Virus record (IMG/VR): IMGVR_UViG_3300032236_000747
Span: 186,001-250,000 of that record
Direction: 5' to 3' (one strand)
Length of the DNA stretch: 64,000 bases
In this document: positions 57,612 through 64,000 of the stretch, in pieces
Layout: each line of letters starts with the position of its first letter
Numbering within the stretch: the first letter of the stretch is position 1
Position numbers and translations under genes: made by a program
The notes under the pieces: generated by a model
The model's input: only the letters and a program-made list of their open reading frames with translations
The model's database searches: none
Told to the model about the DNA's origin: nothing

Positions 57612-59071
57612 TCAAACAAGACAAAGACAAACCTAACTACGATATTGAAATACAAAAACTCTACTTGGAAATGTTTCTCAGCGATGCTGAAACGTTTAGT
57701 CGTTGCCAAAGCATATTTGACCCTGATAATTTTGACCAAAAGTTACAGGAGACAGCAAGGTTTATTACCACATATGTAGACGAGTATAAACTTATTCCGG
57801 ACGTTAGTATTGTCAATGCTACTTGTAAAAAGGACCTACAGATAGTATCTTTGCCCGCTCAAAACTATGAATGGCTCAAGGATGAATTTGAGCAATTTTC
57901 CAGGCACAAGGCCTTGGAACGTGCGATCATGAAGAGCTTTGATTTGCTGGAAGAAGGCGAGTATGGGCCAGTTGAAAAGCTGGTCAAGGACGCTATTCAA
58001 ATCAGTTTAACCAAGGACATGGGCACTGATTACTTCGAAGATCCCAAAGCACGTCTAACTGCGCTCAAGGACGGAAATGGTCAAATTTCCACTGGTTGGC
58101 CCAGCATTGACAAAAAATTGTATGGGGGCTTTAATCGAGGTGAACTCAATATTTTCTGTGCTGGATCAGGCGGTGGTAAGAGTTTGTTTCTTGCTAACAT
58201 GGGCGTAAACTGGGCCATGCAGGGTCTAAACGTGCTTTACTTGACCTTTGAATTAAGTGAAAAATTAGTGGCCATGCGCCTGGATTCTATGGTCACAGGT
58301 ATCACAACCAGAGACATCTTTAAGAGCATTGATGATGTTGAATTAAAGGTTAAAATGATCGGAAAAGCTTCGGGAAGCATACAAATCAAGTATATGCCCA
58401 GCGGAAAAAATTGTAACGATATTCGGTCATATTTGAAGGAATATCAGGTCAAAAAAGGCCTAAAACCTGACGTAATTTTAATAGATTACCTGGATTTAAT
58501 GATGCCACTAAATGTGAAGGTATCGCCCAGCGATCTCTTTGTTAAAGACAAATATGTGTCAGAAGAGATACGTAACTTGGCCATGGAAACACAGTGTATC
58601 ACTGTAACAGCTAGTCAGCTAAACCGCGCTGCCGTTGAAGAAATTGAGTTCGATCACAGCCATATCAGCGGTGGCTTGTCAAAGATCATGACAGCGGATA
58701 ACGTTATTGGTATCTTTACCAGTCGTGCTATGCGTGAGCGTGGACGCTATCAAATCCAGTTTATGAAGACACGTTCCAGCTCAGGCGTGGGTCAAAAGGT
58801 AGACTTGGAATTTAACGTGGAAACCCTGCGTATCAGTGATCTAGGTGATGAAGGCGATGTGGGTGCAGGCAGCAACAATAGGCCTGGATCAAACACTACT
58901 CAGGGCAGTGTATATGCTGGACTCAAGCGTACCAGCACAGTCACAGCAGATCCAGAAACAGGTGAAATCGCAGATCCCACAGTGGGCATAAATGCTCCAA
59001 AAATACGTGCTGAAGTAGGTGGTTCGCAACTGCGCAGTATGTTGGCTAAACTTAACTCAGAACGAGATTAA
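57608..59071 (+). CDS. Replicative DnaB-family helicase (T4 gp41-like)
   Basis: STGW, GSGGGKS, TFELSE, IDYLDLM, TASQLNR and KTRSS. Confidence 0.95.
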   Translation: MIKQDKDKPNYDIEIQKLYLEMFLSDAETFSRCQSIFDPDNFDQKLQETARFITTYVDEYKLIPDVSIVNATCKKDLQIVSLPAQNYEWLKDEFEQFSRHKALERAIMKSFDLLEEGEYGPVEKLVKDAIQISLTKDMGTDYFEDPKARLTALKDGNGQISTGWPSIDKKLYGGFNRGELNIFCAGSGGGKSLFLANMGVNWAMQGLNVLYLTFELSEKLVAMRLDSMVTGITTRDIFKSIDDVELKVKMIGKASGSIQIKYMPSGKNCNDIRSYLKEYQVKKGLKPDVILIDYLDLMMPLNVKVSPSDLFVKDKYVSEEIRNLAMETQCITVTASQLNRAAVEEIEFDHSHISGGLSKIMTADNVIGIFTSRAMRERGRYQIQFMKTRSSSGVGQKVDLEFNVETLRISDLGDEGDVGAGSNNRPGSNTTQGSVYAGLKRTSTVTADPETGEIADPTVGINAPKIRAEVGGSQLRSMLAKLNSERD

Positions 59072-59631
59072 AACCAGTTAGCAACTTCTTGCTTGCCCGC
59101 AACGTCAATGGCGTGCAGCCACTGTTCGTCTAGCGTACCCTTGAATATGAGATCAGCAGTGGCGGGCACAGTTAACCAACGATGACCGGGTTTCCAAGGA
59201 TGTGCGCCCGACATTTCCCCTTCTAGGCCTCCGCTGCTTACCACACGTTGTCCCATGACGCAGCGCCACTTTTCCGGCCCTTCGTCAGTGGCTATGGCAG
59301 CAAGTATGCTGGTTTCGCTGGTTATGCCAAGCTCGTCATTGATTTGTCGAGTATTGGGCACAGCCCAGTCTAGGGTGTGTATAAACTGTACACGATGCGG
59401 CTCGTCTGGACCACCGTAGAATACAGGATCATTGTTATAGGCAGCAATACCTGCGTTGCGCAGCACAGCAGTAACAGGTATGTTGTTGACCGCGGGCTTG
59501 TTGATCATGATCATGCTGGAACCTGCACTCCAGTGGCTGGTCACCAACATAATACCACGATTGTATTCCGTGTGATCAGTGTTGGGTATGGCCACCAGTA
59601 CTTGTCCCATATAGTTGTCTCTTTGTCGCAT
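59068..59631 (-). CDS. YqgE/AlgH (DUF179) family protein
   Basis: GQVLVAIP, MINKP, PVFYGGP...FIH, LEGEM and WLTVPATADLIF. The start could be 59631 or 59610. Confidence 0.8.
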   Translation of the reverse strand: MRQRDNYMGQVLVAIPNTDHTEYNRGIMLVTSHWSAGSSMIMINKPAVNNIPVTAVLRNAGIAAYNNDPVFYGGPDEPHRVQFIHTLDWAVPNTRQINDELGITSETSILAAIATDEGPEKWRCVMGQRVVSSGGLEGEMSGAHPWKPGHRWLTVPATADLIFKGTLDEQWLHAIDVAGKQEVANWF

Positions 59632-59659
59632 CAAGTATTTATTGGTTAAATACTAGACC

Positions 59660-60352
59660 ATGAACATCCGTGAGTTTACCCCCGGTGTAGAAATACACCA
59701 AGAACTAAATCCCCTACTTTGGCAAGGCGATCAACTGAAACCAGAAGTACGCCTAGCCCTGCTGCACATAGCCCACAAGTTTGAAATCTTCCTGGGCATT
59801 GATATAGTGGTCAGGGACCGTATTATCACGGGCAGTCAAACCAGTTTTACCTATACAGAAGCCAGCGACATTGACCTGCACATTATTGTTGATTACTCTG
59901 CTATCACTGACTGCGCAGTGCCCGTGCACGAGCTTTTTGACACCAAACGCAAGCTGTGGAAAGAGCAGCACAGCATAGATATCCACGGTATACAAGTAGA
60001 GTGCTATGTAGAAGACACTGCTCAACCTGTGCGGGGACATGTCTACAGCTTGGATGAAGACGCTTGGGTATCACATCAGCCCACACAGGCTTCGGTGCAG
60101 AGCCTACCTCCAGATGTGGTCAAACAAGCAGCATGGTGGACTGATCGCATCAAAACAGCCATAGCCAGTCGCAATCTAGCTGTGATGATTTCCACGGCAC
60201 GTCTACTGCGTGATTATAGGGGCCGCGGCTTGGGCAAGGAAGGCGAAATGGGCACTGCCAATATAACCTATAAAACCCTGCGCAACAATGGTGTTATACA
60301 TGATCTAATCAAGGCTGTGCGCCGCCTAGAAGACAGGGCAATGAGCCTATAA
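59660..60352 (+). CDS. Pol-beta-superfamily nucleotidyltransferase
   Basis: ITGS...YTEASDIDLH (GS plus DxD), with a third acidic residue in VECYVE. Confidence 0.75.
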   Translation: MNIREFTPGVEIHQELNPLLWQGDQLKPEVRLALLHIAHKFEIFLGIDIVVRDRIITGSQTSFTYTEASDIDLHIIVDYSAITDCAVPVHELFDTKRKLWKEQHSIDIHGIQVECYVEDTAQPVRGHVYSLDEDAWVSHQPTQASVQSLPPDVVKQAAWWTDRIKTAIASRNLAVMISTARLLRDYRGRGLGKEGEMGTANITYKTLRNNGVIHDLIKAVRRLEDRAMSL

Positions 60353-60356
60353 ACTC

Positions 60357-60385
60357 TTGACCTGCACACTCCGGGGCTGTATAAT
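60357..60385 (+). promoter_or_regulatory. sigma70-type promoter
   Basis: TTGACC-17-TATAAT; the ATG at 60392 begins 7 nt downstream. Confidence 0.8.
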
Positions 60386-60391
60386 ACTAGT

Positions 60392-60892
60392 ATGCATACA
60401 CTATACTTAGACATGGACGGCGTAGTAGCCGATTGGGACCGAGCAGCCACTGAACTAGTGGGTAAACTGCGTAAAAGCATTGACGGACGTTGGAGTCACG
60501 AAGACTGGCAGACCATACGTCAAGATCAGCGATTCTACCGCAATCTCCCCCTCATGGATGGAGCTCATACACTAGTCAGCGTGTCCCGTGAGTTTAGATC
60601 CCGCGGTTGGCAACTCTTGTTTCTCACAGCCATACCACATGACAACGATCACCCTTGGGCATTTCATGACAAGATGTCCTGGGCACGTGAACACTTTCCA
60701 GATATTCCTGTGCACTTTGGACCCTACTCAGAAGACAAACAAGACCATACCCTACCCGGTGATATACTAGTAGATGACCGTGGCAGTAACTGTGTAGAGT
60801 GGGAATCCCGGGGTGGAATAGCTGTACATGTTACCAACAATGACTTGAAACCCACCATTGAGAAACTCCGGGAGCTGCTCGCCGAAGCCTAA
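60392..60892 (+). CDS. HAD-family 5'(3')-deoxyribonucleotidase-like protein
   Basis: LYLDMDGVVADW, FLTA, DKMSW and ILVDDR. Confidence 0.85.
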   Translation: MHTLYLDMDGVVADWDRAATELVGKLRKSIDGRWSHEDWQTIRQDQRFYRNLPLMDGAHTLVSVSREFRSRGWQLLFLTAIPHDNDHPWAFHDKMSWAREHFPDIPVHFGPYSEDKQDHTLPGDILVDDRGSNCVEWESRGGIAVHVTNNDLKPTIEKLRELLAEA

Positions 60893-60952
60893 CCCAGGCG
60901 CGAAGCGCCAGCGGTGCAAAAAGATTTTCCGGGTATATTAAATACGTATATT

Positions 60953-61129
60953 ATGCTCCTACCCCTGCTAGTAGACCTTAAAATACATCCAGAGTGGAGA
61001 GTACTTAAACGATTCAAAGATTCACGCCTGGCACGCATCTACTACTTGAGTCTTGATGATCGTAGACAGGTTAACATCGTGTTTAAACCCAAACATCCAC
61101 TACAATGGTGGGTAATAGAAAAGAAGTAA
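60953..61129 (+). CDS. Small hypothetical protein
   Basis: TAAATA at 60939 and ATG at 60953; 58 aa. Confidence 0.5.
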   Translation: MLLPLLVDLKIHPEWRVLKRFKDSRLARIYYLSLDDRRQVNIVFKPKHPLQWWVIEKK

Positions 61130-61133
61130 TAAC

Positions 61134-61400
61134 ATGGCACAAATCAAAATAATATGGCGCATGGGCCTACACAGTGAAATCAAAGAGGGCAACAAGCGTC
61201 TAAGCAAGCTGCACAGTGAGCTAGATCGTTGGTGTCAAGCTAATAAGGTAAGTAGAGACTACTTTAAACTGCGTATGACTGCTCCATATGTCTATGAGTG
61301 TGAACTAGATGAAGACAATGATACCACGCTGATATTCATGACAACATGGTATGGAACACCCTATAAAACGGCTTCAACTCTAACAAACTCTTCCTTGTAG
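61134..61400 (+). CDS. Hypothetical protein
   Basis: 88 aa, directly after the previous ORF. Confidence 0.6.
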   Translation: MAQIKIIWRMGLHSEIKEGNKRLSKLHSELDRWCQANKVSRDYFKLRMTAPYVYECELDEDNDTTLIFMTTWYGTPYKTASTLTNSSL

Positions 61401-61519
61401 AGACTGCGAGCGTGCTCCGCTGCGAGTGATTCTGTGTGAGCTAGCACAATACCAGTACTTGTAGTACCAGTGCGCACATGCTCCTGTGTGATGATTCTAA
61501 ATTGTAGATATTCTTGCAT
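61361..61519 (-). CDS. Small hypothetical protein
   Basis: ATG at 61519, 4 nt after the 61524 stop; 52 aa. Confidence 0.5.
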   Translation of the reverse strand: MQEYLQFRIITQEHVRTGTTSTGIVLAHTESLAAEHARSLYKEEFVRVEAVL

Positions 61520-61523
61520 GCAG

Positions 61524-61793
61524 TTATTTACTGAGCTGATCACTGTAGCGCAGTAAAAACAGAGTAGAGTACTTTTCCAGCTTGAAGCTAACAGCACATA
61601 TACTGGAGTTGTGTAGGGCCCAAGTATCCCAACACCATTCTCTGTAGTGTGGACCTATAGTGGATTCTAACCATGATTCCACTGTGTAGACACTTTCTAT
61701 CCAATCTATTTGCCCATGGTGTTCTACGAGGGGCCAAGGTGCGGCAGCACGATAGGGCAAGCGTAGACTGGGATGATCGTAGAGTGCTAGCAT
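61524..61793 (-). CDS. Hypothetical protein
   Basis: Minus-strand TAAATA at 61803-08. Trp-rich, ending F..EK..TLFLLRYS. Confidence 0.65.
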   Translation of the reverse strand: MLALYDHPSLRLPYRAAAPWPLVEHHGQIDWIESVYTVESWLESTIGPHYREWCWDTWALHNSSICAVSFKLEKYSTLFLLRYSDQLSK

Positions 61794-62603
61794 ACTAGTA
61801 CATATTTACACAGGATACTAAGGAGTCAGCGGACTCCTGCCCGGGGGGCGTTTTTTAAGACTGGGCGCCGAGGGTTAGGGGTTATGTAAAAAATTGCTGT
61901 GCAAAAATTCGTGGCCTTGGAGATCTCGGCCTATGGTGGATCTAATCTAAGTCACTTTTTATTTTGGGGGATTTTGCACGCCAAAGTTGCTTTTTAGCAA
62001 CAAGTTTTCAAATGCACTCCCGGGTACCCCCTCGGGGTCTCGGCCACCACTGTGTTCACTGCACGCTGCGTGCGACGCACGTGAGTAGCCCCGGGGTCTA
62101 GCCATATATCGGCCTTGACCCCAGCCTCTGCGAAGATAAGAATTATTATCTCCTTGGGCGGCTTCCCCGGGGTCTGCCCCAAGAGTATGTGCACGCTGCG
62201 TGTGTAGTATAGCGTGGCTACAGCTAGCAGCAGTGTAACAGCCCGCTCCCGCAGCAGTTCTTTCACGAGTGCAGAGTGAATGCTGCGTGGGGAGGGCCCG
62301 TGAGTGTGTACTATATACGTAGCCTAGCACACTAGTGTAGTACACATGTACTAGTGCTAGCAGCTTACCATACAGCGATATATCTAGGAGTGCAATCAAC
62401 TCTGCGTGGGGTTGTAAGGGAGCTATCCGTGTGTAGACCGCTGTGCTGCTGCTCGCTGCGGGGAAGATCATGCTAGGATCCCGGGGCAGCTCCTTGACAT
62501 TTGTGGCCGGGGTCTCTGTGTTACCCCAGGAGCTACCGCGAAGGTAGTGCATGGTGGTTAGCAGCAAAAGTATTAGCAAAAGCACAGTGAGCTCCTTGTT
62601 GTG

Positions 62604-62664
62604 TACTGACAGAGTCAGTATAGCATAACTTTAGCTCTTGTCAACCATTATTTTGATTTATTTT
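62604..62664 (-). promoter_or_regulatory. Early sigma70 promoter, copy 1 of a 61-bp direct repeat
   Basis: A-rich UP element, TTGACA, 16-nt spacer ending TGC (extended -10), TATACT, and the palindrome TACTGAC-aga-GTCAGTA. Confidence 0.8.
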
Positions 62665-62805
62665 GGTAGACCCCGGCCAGGTCCTTAACTGCGTAGCACT
62701 GTGGTCTTGTAAAACCCCGGTCAGGTCAACGATTGATCATCTGCGTGGTCTGCTGTTTAATTTAAAACCCCGGCCGCAAATTGTGCAGTAGTGCAGGGTG
62801 ATCTC

Positions 62806-62943
62806 TCAGGGATATATCTCGTGATATAACCGTTGTAGCTCAAACTGGTCTACCTCGTAGGCCGCCACGGTATCCTTGACCGCTTGTATATAATCGCAGC
62901 CAAGGTCTAGGAGCTGTTTAAAGTGGATCACAGCCTCTGTCAT
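62806..62943 (-). CDS. Small early protein (45 aa, MTEAVIHFKQLLDLG...)
   Basis: ATGA-coupled to the upstream 29-aa ORF, with a GAGG RBS; absent from the supplied ORF track. Confidence 0.6.
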   Translation of the reverse strand: MTEAVIHFKQLLDLGCDYIQAVKDTVAAYEVDQFELQRLYHEIYP

Positions 62944-63029
62944 TTGATGTACCTCTCTATATACCACACCTTAGCAGCAAAGATCACCACCACGGCTAGG
63001 GAGATCAAGATCACTTGTAGATCGCTCAT
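62940..63029 (-). CDS. Small membrane peptide (29 aa, MSDLQVILISLAVVVIFAAKVWYIERYIK)
   Basis: ATGA-coupled on both sides; a single hydrophobic segment. Confidence 0.6.
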   Translation of the reverse strand: MSDLQVILISLAVVVIFAAKVWYIERYIK

Positions 63030-63178
63030 CGTGCTAGCCTCACGGTGATGTCTGCGGAATAACCATCGTGTTTGATCAGTGCGCTGCGCACATCGTGTAA
63101 GGTCATGTCGCGGTCAAAGAACACGGTATCCACGATCTGACCGTTGCGGATAATGTCCCAGGCTTGCTGCTTGCTCAT
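63026..63178 (-). CDS. Small early protein (50 aa, MSKQQAWDIIRNG...)
   Basis: AAGGAG RBS before the ATG at 63178. The longer called ORF starts upstream of the promoter. Confidence 0.7.
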   Translation of the reverse strand: MSKQQAWDIIRNGQIVDTVFFDRDMTLHDVRSALIKHDGYSADITVRLAR

Positions 63179-63280
63179 CGTTGCTCCTTGAGGTGAAAAA
63201 GACCGCTGAGGGGAAGAACCACGGTTGCGGTACTGTGTACAGCACGGGCGGTGTGGCCCTAGGCCCCCAGCAGCAGAGTT

Positions 63281-63309
63281 ATTATAACACGGTTTTACCA
63301 AGTTGTCAA
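63281..63309 (-). promoter_or_regulatory. Perfect-consensus sigma70 promoter
   Basis: TTGACA-17-TATAAT on the minus strand. Confidence 0.9.
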
Positions 63310-63367
63310 CTGTGTTATTAAAATACTTGCTGACCTTGTCAAGGCCAGCGAGCACGTTAAGCGGGGT

Positions 63368-63619
63368 CTAGCAATCTGCGTCAAAATCTGCCCACTCCTG
63401 CGCTTCGTCGGGCTGACCGTCCCAGGCGCAATCTCGCTCGCGATCGCAGACCAATTCCCAGTAATCCTTGAGGGCGGCCATGGCGGCGGACAAGTTGCCG
63501 TTTGCCTCTGTGAGATACTGATCGTAGTCCTCAGCGCCAAAACACTCGTAGACCCAGTGCCCGCCGGCCTCGTAGTTGTCCAGTGCGTATTGCTCTAACA
63601 GTTTGATAGCTTGTGACAT
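63368..63619 (-). CDS. Small acidic early protein
   Basis: 83 aa, AAGGA RBS, directly downstream of promoter copy 2. Confidence 0.75.
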   Translation of the reverse strand: MSQAIKLLEQYALDNYEAGGHWVYECFGAEDYDQYLTEANGNLSAAMAALKDYWELVCDRERDCAWDGQPDEAQEWADFDADC

Positions 63620-63639
63620 AGCGTTGTTCCTTGTTTGTT

Positions 63640-63700
63640 TACTGACAGAGTCAGTATAGCATAACTTTAACGTTTGTCAACCATTATTTTAATTTATTTT
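63640..63700 (-). promoter_or_regulatory. Early sigma70 promoter, copy 2 of the 61-bp direct repeat
   Basis: Matches 62604-62664 with 4 mismatches. Confidence 0.8.
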
Positions 63701-63768
63701 TAGCCTAGCAAAAACCATGCTTTTAGACCCCGAGACGATTTCTCTGGATTTGCTCCGGGGTCTTTGAA

Positions 63769-63999
63769 TTAGATCTCTTCAGCCTCTAATTCGTCTGCAG
63801 CAGCGATGAAATCGTCGATGAGATCAGCAATGCTGTTCTTACGTCGTTCGCTGCGCTTGCGTGGTTTGACCGAGGTGCCCTCTTGGTAGACCTTCCATAC
63901 ATGGTCTTTACAGTAGCTCTTACCTTCGATGCTAGCTTGGCAGCAGGTGGGATGATGACTCTCTGTGTTGTCCCCGATGAACTGGCAGAGTGGTTCGTG
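63769..63999 (-). CDS. GcrA C-terminal-domain-like protein, start outside the window
   Basis: The translation ...LCQFIGDNTESHHPTCCQASIEGKSYCKDHVWKVYQ...EEI* resembles the GcrA pattern C.WP.GD......FCG.....G..YC..H...aYQ. Confidence 0.5.
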   Translation of the reverse strand, partial: HEPLCQFIGDNTESHHPTCCQASIEGKSYCKDHVWKVYQEGTSVKPRKRSERRKNSIADLIDDFIAAADELEAEEI

Positions 64000-64000
64000 A

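Larger units (their letters stand above)
62033..63763. repeat. Dispersed CGGGGTCT/AGACCCCG motif cluster
   Basis: CGGGGTCT at 62033, 62092, 62168, 62508, 63362 and 63756. The reverse complement AGACCCCG at 62668 and 63725. The variant AAACCCCGG at 62712 and 62765. Confidence 0.8.

Noticed and set aside
524-60770. Numerous short antisense or alternate-frame ORFs in the supplied track (e.g. 12516..12920, 38797..39279, 50262..50624)
   Set aside because: They lie within well-supported genes, have no RBS or recognisable motifs, and are expected shadows of biased codon usage.
61959-62585. 208-aa ORF with a GTG start and AAGGAG RBS
   Set aside because: The composition looks non-protein-like and the frame crosses a motif- and palindrome-rich region. 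It was not listed as a CDS, although translation cannot be ruled out.
63179-63275. tRNA gene or rRNA fragment
   Set aside because: There is no T-loop GTTC consensus in the right place, no 7-nt anticodon loop and no CCA; the 16S similarity is limited to 12 nt.

Overview
The whole window is a segment of a large, T4-related myovirus genome (jumbo-phage-like gene order, AT-rich, standard genetic code). I see no bacterial chromosomal backbone, rRNA, canonical tRNA, CRISPR array or integrase. From left to right it contains five blocks. (1) About 20.7 kb of giant virion/fibre genes: two paralogous 'MAK...EAQA' beta-rich proteins alternating with fibres built from 17-aa N-x-A-x-G repeats, three of them strikingly Cys-rich and two ending in peptidase S74 chaperones. 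(2) A tightly coupled 8-gene, sigma70-driven modification operon: GT9-like, NodU-type carbamoyltransferase, sulfotransferase, GT-A, GmhB-like phosphatase, GT4-like, a 121-aa HxGH nucleotidyltransferase and an APS kinase-DUF2061 fusion. (3) Neck, tail and packaging genes (gp15, gp14, gp13, sheath, tube, gp4, large terminase) with TAAATA late promoters. (4) A replication/recombination block: gp32, UvsX, UvsY, UvsW, MetK, gp62-like, a Zn-finger protein, a 192-aa minimal DnaE core, primase and helicase. (5) A GC-richer right end with small early genes, consensus sigma70 promoters, a motif-dense probably non-coding kilobase and a GcrA-like ORF. The best candidate for an undescribed system is a phage-encoded glycosylation/carbamoylation/sulfation pathway with its own PAPS supply, placed directly behind Cys-loaded fibre proteins that may be its substrates. 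All family assignments come from motif recognition by eye; no searches were run.
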